Counted from the first letter of the stretch, positions 20,490 to 30,636 are shown. The stretch: 64,000 nucleotides of DNA from Clostridia bacterium (GCA_051866635.1 JBJDXJ010000026.1:57799-121798), one strand, 5' to 3'. Notes: generated by a model from the letters alone, not told the origin. Numbers and translations: made by a program.

Positions 20490-21590
20490 TCAACGCATCG
20501 GCAAATCACCTTTAAGTTTTCTTCGCCTTATCCGTCTGACCTTATTTATATGCCTTTCAAAATCTCCGTTATTGATCAGTTCAGTTAACAGATATTGCTC
20601 AAACACAGGAACCGTACAGGAAAAAAATCCAAGCTTATCAAAAAAATCTTCAACATACTTCTCTGGTAAGACCATGTACCCTACACGCATGGAAGGTGCT
20701 ATTGTTTTTGAAAAAGTGTTGATGTATATAACTCTTTCGCTGTTAAAAGAAAACAGAGTATCTTCACTTTTCTTTAAAACAGTAAACTCCGATTCAAAAT
20801 CGTCTTCAATAATAACAGCATTTCTGTTTTTAGCCCATTTTATATACTCCGCCCTTTTTGATGCACTGGCTGTAACACCGCTTGGGAAGCTCGAAAATGG
20901 GGTTACGTGCAAAACCTTGGCATTTGTTCTTTTTAATTCACTTGTAAGTACGCCATCTATACCCAGCTTTAACAAATCGCACTGTGCACCGTTTGCCTTG
21001 TATACGGCTTGTATCTTCTCGTATGAAGGGTCTTCAATGCCGTAAATTTTGTCACGGCCTATAAACTGTACAATCATACTGTATAAATATTCTGCACCTG
21101 AACCTATCACAATCTGCTCCGGTGTAACATTTATCCCCTTGCCTCTCAGCAAATAATCGCTTATTGCCTGTCTTAATACCAAACAGCCGGCATTTGGAGA
21201 CTTAACTAAAATTTTGTCAGAGTATTTACTTATTACCGCCCTCATTGTTTTGGCAAAAACAGAAAAGGGGAATTCATCATCTGTATGATAATATGCCTGT
21301 TCACTGTCAAATATAGTTTCATGTGCTTCTCCCACAGGAACAACTTCATCTTTCTGATATATGACATAATAGCCCTTTCGCTCTTTTGCCTCAATATACC
21401 CCTCATCGCATAATATTGCATATGCATGTTCCACAGTAATCACACTTGTAAAGCATTCCTCTGCAAGTATCCTTTTTGAGGGAAGCTTGTCACCTATCTT
21501 GTATACACCATTTACTATATCCTCTCTTAATTGAAGATAAAGCTGCATATATGCACTTTGTTTTGAAAATAAATCTATTGAATATTTCAT
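20490..21590 (-). CDS. MocR/PdxR-type GntR regulator with PLP-dependent aminotransferase domain
   Basis: KLPSKRILA wHTH; IIEDDFESEF, TFSKTIAPSMRVGY. Confidence 0.9.
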   Translation of the reverse strand: MKYSIDLFSKQSAYMQLYLQLREDIVNGVYKIGDKLPSKRILAEECFTSVITVEHAYAILCDEGYIEAKERKGYYVIYQKDEVVPVGEAHETIFDSEQAYYHTDDEFPFSVFAKTMRAVISKYSDKILVKSPNAGCLVLRQAISDYLLRGKGINVTPEQIVIGSGAEYLYSMIVQFIGRDKIYGIEDPSYEKIQAVYKANGAQCDLLKLGIDGVLTSELKRTNAKVLHVTPFSSFPSGVTASASKRAEYIKWAKNRNAVIIEDDFESEFTVLKKSEDTLFSFNSERVIYINTFSKTIAPSMRVGYMVLPEKYVEDFFDKLGFFSCTVPVFEQYLLTELINNGDFERHINKVRRIRRRKLKGDLPMR

Positions 21591-21630
21591 CTGGTTATAT
21601 AAAAAACTCCTTTTTTGGCAATTGTTATAT
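21591..21630. promoter_or_regulatory. Candidate MocR binding direct repeat
   Basis: CTGGTTATAT at 21591 and ATTGTTATAT at 21621 in the divergent intergenic region. Confidence 0.45.
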
Positions 21631-21680
21631 GTTCAGTTTTATTATATCCTTTTTTCATCAAATTGTAAAGGAGATTTATC

Positions 21681-22175
21681 ATGAATTCAAAAACAAAGAA
21701 ATTAGTAATGGCAGCACTTTTTGCAGCCCTTGCATGTGTTGCAACAATGGTTATCAAAATCCCCACCCCAACAAAAGGTTATCTTAACTTAGGTGACTGT
21801 ATTGTTTTACTTTCAGGTTGGCTCCTGCCGCCCTTTTACTCTTTCCTTGCGGCAGGCATCGGTTCTGCATTGGCAGATCTTTTTTCAGGTTACATAATTT
21901 ACGCTCCCGTAACGTTTATTATTAAAGGCTTAATGGCAATTTGTGCACATTTCGTTTTTAAGGCTTTAAGTAACATAAACGGCACACTTTCAAGAATTAT
22001 CAGTGCTGTAGCGGCTGAAATTATAATGGTATTGGGTTATTACTTATTTGAAGGTATTCTCTATGGATTTATTCCGTCCGTTGCAGGCATTCCCATGAAT
22101 ATAGCACAGGGTGTTGCAGGATTGATTTTAGGTGTAATCCTTGTTCAGGTTTTCAAAAAGTTCAGTATTGACTAA
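21681..22175 (+). CDS. ECF transporter S component (likely vitamin B6 uptake)
   Basis: ALFAALACVAT, GYLNLGD, GIGSALADL; substrate inferred from the divergent MocR regulator. Confidence 0.85.
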   Translation: MNSKTKKLVMAALFAALACVATMVIKIPTPTKGYLNLGDCIVLLSGWLLPPFYSFLAAGIGSALADLFSGYIIYAPVTFIIKGLMAICAHFVFKALSNINGTLSRIISAVAAEIIMVLGYYLFEGILYGFIPSVAGIPMNIAQGVAGLILGVILVQVFKKFSID

Positions 22176-22199
22176 ATAATTTTACACCGAATAACAAAG

Positions 22200-22359
22200 G
22201 GGCTTAAAAAAAGTCTCTGATAAATAAGTTAAGACCATTTGGGACAGTCCCCCTTTGTCAAATTGGGAGACAATTTGCCAAAGAAACCTTGCTAGGTTTT
22301 GTTGGGACAGTCCCGAAATGGTCTTTTTGTTATCTCAGTGCTGACTTTTTTTAAAGCCC
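22200..22359. mobile_element. ~160-bp MITE-like element, copy 2
   Basis: Terminal IRs GGGCTTAAAAAAAGTC/GACTTTTTTTAAAGCCC; near-identical to 11598-11756. Confidence 0.8.
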
Positions 22360-22367
22360 GTTTTCTT

Positions 22368-25300
22368 TTATTCTGCTTTTAAATCTAACTTACATGTAAA
22401 TGTCAAAGATTTGTCGTATCTCTTTTTATAAGTTTCCACTACAACTTTTTCGTCATACTTATAAGTAAACTCCATTTCTTCACCATTGTAAATAACTTTT
22501 ATGGGCTTTGTGCAATCAATAAATGACTCATTTACATAAATTGCATCCACATCTCCTGTTACAATAAACGTATTTCCATTTCTCTCAACTGTCACCATAC
22601 CTTCATTTGCCGCACTTTCCACATAATAGAATAAATCGTCCTTTTTAAGTGACATATTCCATTCAATTTTTTCAGGGTATGGGTTACGTGTATGTTTACT
22701 TACAAGCCTTATTGCATTGGTGTCTTTATATGTACCATCTGTTATTAGTTGCATATTTGAACCGTTATCCACAAAATTATGGGGCTTGTTTTTATGGATA
22801 AATACCCCTGCAACATTTTCATTTTCACCATATTTTACAGTTTCTTCATTTCTGCCATAGCTATCATCCAGTTCACCGCACTGAAGATAAAGGGGCATAT
22901 TCTTAACATTTGTCAAATCTACACCGTTAGGATGTCCCGCACTCATATTCGCTGCGGCAAAAAAGTCCGCCATACGTGCAGTTATCTGATAAACACCGTC
23001 ACCGCCTGCACTGTAACCTACAAGATAAATTCTGTCAGGGTTGATGTTATAGTAAATTGAAAGGTTTTCAAGAAGCCTCATGTAGCAGTAATAGCTTTCA
23101 GGATTAAAATGTGTGTCCCATGTATCACGCACACCACGGGGTGCAATGTAAATACCACATTCAACACTGCCCTTATAATAAGTTTGCATAGCTTTCCACT
23201 GGGAGTCATTCAAATCCGGAGTATCACTGCCTCCACCACCGTGAAGGGCAATGTAAACAGGGTACCCCTCAAGAGGTTCTACACCCATCACATTCATTGT
23301 GTACTTCATGGTAACATCGCCGCAGACTATCGCCTTATCGTTAAATTCCTTTATTCGTTCAGGGTTTTCCCTTTCCTCGGCTCTTATTTCTTCAATTATA
23401 CAGTTCATTTTCATACCATCTTCCGTAGTGGCAAACAGTGCTAAATAGTTTTCAAAATCTTCATATGTAAGCTTTTTTGTACTGTTTGGTATATTTTCCC
23501 ACGCATCTTCTTTTCCTATTACACGATTCATGAAAATTGTCACTTCACCTTTAGTTATACATCTGTCAGGTTCAAAGTTACCATTCTCTGTACCCTTTGC
23601 AATACCCATTTCAAAAGCCTTGTTTATATAACCGTTATCAGTATCGTTAAAAGCCTTTACGTCACTTTCGCCAAGACCGGCTTTTTTCATAATACTTGTA
23701 AGTGCTTCTTCACGTGATACATAATACCACTTATCCATTATTCTGTCATATTCCTCTTTGTCTAACGCCAAAAATCCACCGTGTTTACTGCCTGTGGGCA
23801 TTGTAATTGAATCTGTAGCCTTTGTGAAGTTACCCGATGCAATGCAGGTTGTTAAATAAGGCACGTAAACAGAATAATCATCAACCATCAGTGCATATGT
23901 GTCATCAGTTCCTTTAACAATAAAGCTTCCGGGTCCTTCACCGGCAGGGCGTGTAAAGTTTTCAACAATCGTGTAAGGACCGGATGCATGGTCGCTTACC
24001 ATCATTTCAATATGACCCGACTGTTTGTAGAAATGATAAAACTTCCCATCGTGTGCCTGAATTATGTTAGAGTCAATTGCCCATATTCTTTCGCCGTTTT
24101 CATCCATAGGTGCAACAAAAACCTCAGGTTCGCTGAAAGAACGAAAATCACGTGTTCTTGCAACATACACCGTATCACCGGGGTTTTCAAGGGTTAAGTC
24201 CTTACCTGATGCGTACACAAGGTATTCTTCTGTGTCAGGGTCCCAGATTGCCTCCGGTGCCCATGCACAGCCTATATCATCATTTGCAAACTTAACCATT
24301 CTCTGCTCAGACCAGTTTATTAAATCGTCACTTTCCCATACCATTAAATACTTACTGCCTGAAAGGCTCCAAGGTCCCCAACCCTGACCGTCCTTTGTAT
24401 TAAGGTCAGTTGCAAGAAGATAAAACCTATCATTGTTGTGGCTTCTTAAAAGATAAGGGTCACGAAGTTCATATGTACCCATTTGGGATGTAAGTATAGG
24501 CTTATTATCATTCAAGTCAAACCAATTATAACCGTCCTCACTTGCGGCAATATGAATGGATAAGTGTTCATCACTGCCGTCTACATAGCCACGGAAATAT
24601 ACGTAAAAATAACCTACAGTTTCGCCTACACTCTCGCTCTTTTTAATTACAGTAACAGGGATATCCTTGCTTAAACTTTTGCCATCTTCAAAAGAAACTG
24701 TTGCAGTAAGTGTTACCTTTGTATCTTCCTCACCACGTGTAACCTTACCCTTAGGTATTACATAATCACCGTTAGGAATATCTTTGGTACATATAACATT
24801 TTCATCTGATGAAATCCATGAAACATTGTAGCCGTAAACTTCATCAGGGAGATTTAAGTTTTCTTTTATGGCTTCACTGCCACCGATTTCCAAAGCTTTT
24901 AAGATGTCATCTTCTGTTATTTCCCACTTAGGCATCACTGCGTCCTTAGAAATCTCCTCATCGGATAAAGCCTTGTTATAAAAGGTAATAGTGTCAACAT
25001 ATGCATTAAGTTTAGGGTCTGAGGAAAACTGGCTGTTGCCGATAAAATTGTTAAAAGTATCACCTAAATCGTCAAGGGTGTATTCACATTCCTTTTCGGC
25101 ACACTTTTCACCGTTTACAAAAATCGTTAATGTTTTACCCTCCTGTTTTACGGCAACATGAACCCAACTATTAACTTTTGTCACGTTTTCAGCATCGACA
25201 TTCCATTCGTCCATACCGTTTATTTTATAAGCAACCCTCAAATTTTTAGTGTCAGACGGTATGCCGAAGAAAACATAGTTATCGGTGCCTGTACCAAAAT

Positions 25301-25598
25301 CAAAAATTCTCTGCCACCCCTTTTGTAAACCTGTCATTTTTATTCTGGCGGTAAATGTATAATCCTTAACACCTTTTGTTATATTATAAGGCACTTTCAC
25401 ATAGCTTGTACCACCGTTAAACCATGCATATTTACCCATAGACACGTCTTCAAACATGGTAAGCTTATAACCCTCGTATTCCATATCTTTATCAAAATCC
25501 AAAGAATATATAACCGAATTTTCCATAACGTTTGCCGATACATCTACGGCACCTATAAGCATACACGATGCAAGCAAACTTGCTATAATTTTCCTCAT
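22368..25598 (-). CDS. Secreted LamG + Ig-like + GH43 + SLH + alpha/beta-hydrolase fusion protein
   Basis: WQRIFDFG (LamG); SWISSD (Ig-like); LRDPYL, WAPEA, IDS, GEGPG, KHGG (GH43); GIAKG...FEPDRCITKGE (SLH); LHGGG and GYSAGG (hydrolase). Confidence 0.85.
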   Translation of the reverse strand: MRKIIASLLASCMLIGAVDVSANVMENSVIYSLDFDKDMEYEGYKLTMFEDVSMGKYAWFNGGTSYVKVPYNITKGVKDYTFTARIKMTGLQKGWQRIFDFGTGTDNYVFFGIPSDTKNLRVAYKINGMDEWNVDAENVTKVNSWVHVAVKQEGKTLTIFVNGEKCAEKECEYTLDDLGDTFNNFIGNSQFSSDPKLNAYVDTITFYNKALSDEEISKDAVMPKWEITEDDILKALEIGGSEAIKENLNLPDEVYGYNVSWISSDENVICTKDIPNGDYVIPKGKVTRGEEDTKVTLTATVSFEDGKSLSKDIPVTVIKKSESVGETVGYFYVYFRGYVDGSDEHLSIHIAASEDGYNWFDLNDNKPILTSQMGTYELRDPYLLRSHNNDRFYLLATDLNTKDGQGWGPWSLSGSKYLMVWESDDLINWSEQRMVKFANDDIGCAWAPEAIWDPDTEEYLVYASGKDLTLENPGDTVYVARTRDFRSFSEPEVFVAPMDENGERIWAIDSNIIQAHDGKFYHFYKQSGHIEMMVSDHASGPYTIVENFTRPAGEGPGSFIVKGTDDTYALMVDDYSVYVPYLTTCIASGNFTKATDSITMPTGSKHGGFLALDKEEYDRIMDKWYYVSREEALTSIMKKAGLGESDVKAFNDTDNGYINKAFEMGIAKGTENGNFEPDRCITKGEVTIFMNRVIGKEDAWENIPNSTKKLTYEDFENYLALFATTEDGMKMNCIIEEIRAEERENPERIKEFNDKAIVCGDVTMKYTMNVMGVEPLEGYPVYIALHGGGGSDTPDLNDSQWKAMQTYYKGSVECGIYIAPRGVRDTWDTHFNPESYYCYMRLLENLSIYYNINPDRIYLVGYSAGGDGVYQITARMADFFAAANMSAGHPNGVDLTNVKNMPLYLQCGELDDSYGRNEETVKYGENENVAGVFIHKNKPHNFVDNGSNMQLITDGTYKDTNAIRLVSKHTRNPYPEKIEWNMSLKKDDLFYYVESAANEGMVTVERNGNTFIVTGDVDAIYVNESFIDCTKPIKVIYNGEEMEFTYKYDEKVVVETYKKRYDKSLTFTCKLDLKAE

Positions 25599-25629
25599 AA
25601 AAACCCTCCCGTTAATCTTATCACAATCT

Positions 25630-25658
25630 AAACAAGGTGCGAAAATCGCACCTTGTTT
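25630..25658 (-). terminator. Intrinsic terminator between the GH43 paralogs
   Basis: AAACAAGGTGCGA-AAA-TCGCACCTTGTTT. Confidence 0.8.
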
Positions 25659-25663
25659 ATGTT

Positions 25664-28600
25664 TTATTCTACTGTTATTGAATCAATGTAGGGTATCATG
25701 CCGGAAACCGAATTCCAAAGCATTACCTTTACGTTTTCTGTTGTAACATCAGCTTCAAATGCAGTATTTACAATCTGAACGGCTTTTGCACTCATAAGTG
25801 TACCGTCTGCATCATAGCTTGCAACAATAACAACGCTTTCGCCTAAAGCTTCTTCACTTATAACATTACCTGTTACCTTACCTTCACTAAGAATAACATT
25901 TTCAAATCTGATTGCACTAGGCAAGATAACTTCAAGGTCTGTAACCTTAAGTAAACCTTCTGTAGTAACGCCATTACCTGCATAAACCATAATTTTGCCC
26001 AAATCATCACAGGTTGCACTTGTACGCATTGTAAAGTTGTTTGCAATAGTTTTCGTTACGCCGTCAACTTCAACAAAAACGGAGTACTTCTTATTTGCAA
26101 TATCAACCTCTATTGTAAAAGGATATGTCTTGTCTGCCTCGTAGCTTACTGTTTCTGTCTTTTGATAGCTATTAGCATTATACGCATCAAACACACCGTC
26201 TTTTGTGACTCTCACGTAAATAGGCATATGACCGTATGCTGTAGGTGTAACATCCTTATCACCGAAAGACACACCTGCGTCAATTTTTTCCTGTGCGGCA
26301 GTAAGGTCAAACTTATATGTAACAGTTTTTGTTGCAACGGGGATATTATATGTCTTCCACTTGGATTCAAGTGTACTTGTAAGATAGCTTGTAACCGGTT
26401 TTACCAAAAGCACATATTCCTTAACATATTCTGTATCACCGTAAACAAATGTACCGGTAAGTGTTACTTTCTTAACACCTTCTTCGGGAACATTTACAGT
26501 GCCATCAAGTGCGATAATGCTTTCATCGCTACTTGCCCAAGTAATGTGGCTTCCGTAAGTACCTACAGAAGGAAGTGTGATATTGCCTGTAACATAATTC
26601 ACATCACAACCGAAGGAAATTGATTCTGCATCAAGCTGTGCCAGTTCGTCACTGGCATATCCTGCACCTTCTGCAATTTCACCGTTTGTTAAAGCACGGT
26701 AGTAAAGCTTTACATTATCAAACTCACCCTTGAAGTAAGGGTCAGCTGAGAACATACTCTTACCAAGATATGCACTTAAGCCATCTTCTGCAAGATGGTA
26801 AACTGTCTTTGTCATGGCATCGTTCTTAGCAACCTGTGCACCGTCTTTATAAATAGTAATTGAATCCGGTGTTACAACCAGGTCAATATGCATCCATGTA
26901 TCCGTAAGTGAGCCAAGATCATTTGAAATAGCCTTTTCTTCATAGCTCCATCCTGAAATAGTAAGAGCACTACGCATTGTTGTGTCGTTAATCTTGAAAA
27001 ATGCATACTGCTCCTCACCTGTGCCTAAGCTGAAGGTCATATTAGACTGAGGTGAGTTGTCATTTTTAACATCAAAGGAAAGTGTAAATGTGCTCTGACG
27101 GTCAAAAATGCCTTCGGGGAATTCAAAGTAAGAATTTTCACCGTCCAAAACAAGTACATTGCTTTCTCTTTCTTCGCTGTATTCAATCTTTGCATTACCC
27201 TTAAGATACGCTGATGCATCTTCTTCAAAATCGTAAGAATATTTTGCAGCTGTACCCTCTTCATCTACCTGGGGATTGCCCCACTTTTCCATTACTCTTG
27301 CATACTCTTCTGCATTTATGGGCAAAAATCCGCCGTGCTTACTGCCTGTAGGCATCTTAACTGTGCCACTGCCTGCTCTGAATATACCGGAGGCAATATC
27401 ATCTGTAAGATAAGGCACATAAACAGAATAGTTATCAATCATCAAACAGTACTGATTTTCTGTACCCTTTACAAGGAAGCTACCGGGACCTTCACCACCT
27501 ATGGGCGTGTAGCCGGGGACTTCTTCCCAAGGGCCTGATGCATGGTCAGAAACAAGCATCTGCACAACGCTGTTGTACTTTTTATAGAAATGATAGAACT
27601 TACCGTCATTCGCCTGAATAATATTAGAGTCGATAGCCGCAATACGCCTTGTACCTTCACCGTATGTTGTTACGCCGTTATCCTCAAAGGGGCGAACGAA
27701 ATATTCAGGTTCTGTAAATGTTCTGAAATCACGGGTTCTTACAACATATACAGTATCGATTGCACTGCTTCCCAATGTCAAATCCTTGCCTGATGCATAC
27801 ACAAGATATTCTTCTGTGTCAGGGTCCCAGGTTGCCTCAGGTGCCCATGCACAGCCTATATCATCGTTTGCAAATTTAACCATTCTCTGTTCAGACCAGT
27901 TTACCAAATCGTCAGATTCCCAAATCATAAGGTACTTACTGCCCTCTAGGCTCCAAGGACCCCAACCCTGACCATCCTGTGTATTAAGGTCAGTTGCGAT
28001 AAGGTAAAATCTGTCGCCGTCTTTACTGCGGAGTAAGTATGGGTCACGGAGACACTGTGTACCCATTGTGGATTCCAAAATGGGCCAGTTACCGTTAAGG
28101 TCAAACCACTCATAACTGTCTTCACTGCCTGCAAGGTGAATTGAAAGCCTTTCGGGACTACCGTTTACATTACCACGAAAATATACGTAAAGATATGCTT
28201 CTGTTTCGCCAACAGGCTGGGGCTTTGCAATTATATTACAGTCAATATCCTTTGTGAGGATTGTACCGTTATAATCAACCGAAGCTGTAAGAGTAACAAC
28301 TGTATCTTCATCGCCTCTTGTTACTTTGCCCTTGGGAATAACATAGTCGCCGTTTTCAATATCATAAGGATAAACAATTTCTTCGTTGCTACTTGCCCAT
28401 GTAACAGGATAGCCCAAGGCTTCTGTCTGAAGTGTAACATTTTCCTTAACGCTGTCCTTTACGGGGATATCAATTGCATCAAGAATTGTTTCCTCTGTTA
28501 TAACAGGTTCGGGGAAAGTAGCCATAGTAGCAATTTCATCTTCGCTGAACGCTCTCTTTGCAAAAACAAGCTCATCAAGGTAAGCATTGAGATAAGGGTC

Positions 28601-29191
28601 GCCGCTAAACTGGCTTCTGCCGATGTAGTTAGTTGCAGTATTTCCCATAGCATCAAGAGTACTTGAAAGGTCAGTTGTAGCCATAGCCTTACCATCAACA
28701 TAAACTGTACCTACATTTCCCTCCTGAACAAATGCAATGTGCATCCATTTGTTTTTACTTACAACACCCTCTGCCGTTGCCCTCTGTTCATTTCCTCCGC
28801 TAACCTTTACAGCACCGCGGATGTCTGTTGTTGTGTAAGGTATGCCCAAAAATGCATAGCTTTCCGTGCCGTTACCTAAGTCAAACACTCTCTGCCAGCC
28901 CTTTGTTGTGCCGGTAACCTTCACCCAAGCCGCCATAGTAAAATCCGACACACCTTTTGTGATATTGTCGGGAAGGTGGATATAGCTTGTGGAACCGTTG
29001 AACCATGCACATTTGCCGTACACGCCTTCGTCTAAAACTGATAAATTGTAGCCTGTACTTCCTTCGGGAAGCTCTTCGTCAAAGCTTATGTAAAAAACTG
29101 TGTCGTCATCTGCTGTGTATTCTCCGGCAAAAGCGGGAACAGCCGAAACAAGCATACATAAGCTCAGTAAAACTGATAAAAACTTTTTCAT
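25664..29191 (-). CDS. Secreted LamG + Ig-like + GH43 + LamG + Ig-like multimodular glycoside hydrolase
   Basis: Signal peptide; the same GH43 motifs as its neighbour; second LamG and ITWASSD Ig-like repeat. Confidence 0.87.
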   Translation of the reverse strand: MKKFLSVLLSLCMLVSAVPAFAGEYTADDDTVFYISFDEELPEGSTGYNLSVLDEGVYGKCAWFNGSTSYIHLPDNITKGVSDFTMAAWVKVTGTTKGWQRVFDLGNGTESYAFLGIPYTTTDIRGAVKVSGGNEQRATAEGVVSKNKWMHIAFVQEGNVGTVYVDGKAMATTDLSSTLDAMGNTATNYIGRSQFSGDPYLNAYLDELVFAKRAFSEDEIATMATFPEPVITEETILDAIDIPVKDSVKENVTLQTEALGYPVTWASSNEEIVYPYDIENGDYVIPKGKVTRGDEDTVVTLTASVDYNGTILTKDIDCNIIAKPQPVGETEAYLYVYFRGNVNGSPERLSIHLAGSEDSYEWFDLNGNWPILESTMGTQCLRDPYLLRSKDGDRFYLIATDLNTQDGQGWGPWSLEGSKYLMIWESDDLVNWSEQRMVKFANDDIGCAWAPEATWDPDTEEYLVYASGKDLTLGSSAIDTVYVVRTRDFRTFTEPEYFVRPFEDNGVTTYGEGTRRIAAIDSNIIQANDGKFYHFYKKYNSVVQMLVSDHASGPWEEVPGYTPIGGEGPGSFLVKGTENQYCLMIDNYSVYVPYLTDDIASGIFRAGSGTVKMPTGSKHGGFLPINAEEYARVMEKWGNPQVDEEGTAAKYSYDFEEDASAYLKGNAKIEYSEERESNVLVLDGENSYFEFPEGIFDRQSTFTLSFDVKNDNSPQSNMTFSLGTGEEQYAFFKINDTTMRSALTISGWSYEEKAISNDLGSLTDTWMHIDLVVTPDSITIYKDGAQVAKNDAMTKTVYHLAEDGLSAYLGKSMFSADPYFKGEFDNVKLYYRALTNGEIAEGAGYASDELAQLDAESISFGCDVNYVTGNITLPSVGTYGSHITWASSDESIIALDGTVNVPEEGVKKVTLTGTFVYGDTEYVKEYVLLVKPVTSYLTSTLESKWKTYNIPVATKTVTYKFDLTAAQEKIDAGVSFGDKDVTPTAYGHMPIYVRVTKDGVFDAYNANSYQKTETVSYEADKTYPFTIEVDIANKKYSVFVEVDGVTKTIANNFTMRTSATCDDLGKIMVYAGNGVTTEGLLKVTDLEVILPSAIRFENVILSEGKVTGNVISEEALGESVVIVASYDADGTLMSAKAVQIVNTAFEADVTTENVKVMLWNSVSGMIPYIDSITVE

Positions 29192-29272
29192 TTTTATCCT
29201 CCTTTATACAAAAACTTTATTATATATTACCAAATAAGGCTACCTATTTCAATATATTTTCGTATATTTTTA

Positions 29273-29301
29273 TTGCATTTTTGTATGCGGCATTATATAA
29301 T
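29273..29301 (+). promoter_or_regulatory. SigA-type promoter of the AraC gene
   Basis: TTGCAT-N17-TATAAT. Confidence 0.65.
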
Positions 29302-29321
29302 CGATACGGGGAGGTGACACA

Positions 29322-30092
29322 ATGGATATTATTTCGTTAAAAAAAGCCGGATATAATCTTTCGGAGCCTGAAAACATCCATTTCCACTGGGTATGCCCGG
29401 AATACACCCTTATTTATTTTCAAGGACCCGCAATTATAAAAGGCAGTGAAATTAATTCAGGAGCGTGTATATTATATCCTGCAAATTCATTGCACGATTA
29501 TATTTCACTTAAGGGTTTCAGAAACAGTTATATAAGATTTAATGCACCAAAGGAGCTTTTTTCATCCTTAAACATTGAAACGGACAAAGTTTTTTACCCC
29601 AACAACTGCGAAGAGATAAACGGCATTATAAGCAAAATACTTGACATAAATGTACGCCAAGGCATTGGATATAAGCACGAAATTGCCGCATCAATAATAA
29701 AGCTGATGGTGTCCGTTGCCCGTGGACTTCAAAGTGAAGGTTTAATTATCAATGCAGACATGCAAAGAAACATCGGTCTTATCCGAAGTGAGTTTTTATC
29801 GGATATCATCTCTCCTTCCGACATTGATTTTTTGTTTGAAAAATACTCCGTCCCAAGGTATATGGGATATAAACTTTATAAAGAAGTTTTTCACACAACA
29901 CCAAGGGAAGATTTGATTTTAACACGTTTAGAAAGGTCAAAAGAGCTTTTACGCCGTAACCCGACACTTAAAATCTGCATTATTGCCGAAGCATGTGGTT
30001 TTAATAATATTCCCCACTTTTTCCGCACCTTCAAACGCCGCTACGGCTGTACACCAAAGGAGTACATGGAAAAGCATAAAAACAAAATTTAG
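29322..30092 (+). CDS. AraC family transcriptional regulator
   Basis: [28 protein letters not shown]; divergent from the GH43 genes. Confidence 0.92.
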   Translation: MDIISLKKAGYNLSEPENIHFHWVCPEYTLIYFQGPAIIKGSEINSGACILYPANSLHDYISLKGFRNSYIRFNAPKELFSSLNIETDKVFYPNNCEEINGIISKILDINVRQGIGYKHEIAASIIKLMVSVARGLQSEGLIINADMQRNIGLIRSEFLSDIISPSDIDFLFEKYSVPRYMGYKLYKEVFHTTPREDLILTRLERSKELLRRNPTLKICIIAEACGFNNIPHFFRTFKRRYGCTPKEYMEKHKNKI

Positions 30093-30093
30093 G

Positions 30094-30130
30094 TTATAAA
30101 AAAAGTGCGATGACTCGCACTTTTTTATAA
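30094..30130. terminator. Bidirectional terminator
   Basis: TTATAAAAAAAGTGCGA-TGAC-TCGCACTTTTTTATAA between convergent genes. Confidence 0.85.
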
Positions 30131-30147
30131 TTCTTTAGTTTTCAAAA

Positions 30148-30636
30148 TCACTTTTTTCCGTAATTAATCATATCAGCAAGTTTATTTGCAGATTCCTTAT
30201 CAAAAGAACCAGCTATTTTACATGTGTATGTATCTATTGCAGTGGTGACCATCGGTGAAGAAATAAGCTCTCCGTTAAATGAAATTAATATATAATTCTC
30301 TCCAAGGGGAATTTTTTCAACAGCCTTTTCGGTGGCTTCCTTAAACTTAATTCTGCCTTCTTCGGTAAACTCAATTGTTATAAAGTATTCAGGGGATCCA
30401 AACTGAGTTGCTTCACCAAAGCTTACTTTTGCACCTTTTATGTGACTTTTATCAAGAATCACATTTCCGTCATAGTCTTTAAATTCAATGCCCACATCGA
30501 CACTTGAAGTTTCACCTTTTTTATTGCTTTGAACACTTTCAGTAGGCACTGTCGATACAAAGTTCTCCACCTTAGCACCACTGTATCCTGACAACATACA
30601 TGCGGCAACTAAAATCGCAATCAGTGAATTTACCAT
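30148..30636 (-). CDS. Exported protein with stand-alone SecDF P1-head-like domain
   Basis: ITIEFTEEGRIKFKEAT...ELISSPMV...IAGSFDKESANKLA. Confidence 0.7.
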   Translation of the reverse strand: MVNSLIAILVAACMLSGYSGAKVENFVSTVPTESVQSNKKGETSSVDVGIEFKDYDGNVILDKSHIKGAKVSFGEATQFGSPEYFITIEFTEEGRIKFKEATEKAVEKIPLGENYILISFNGELISSPMVTTAIDTYTCKIAGSFDKESANKLADMINYGKK

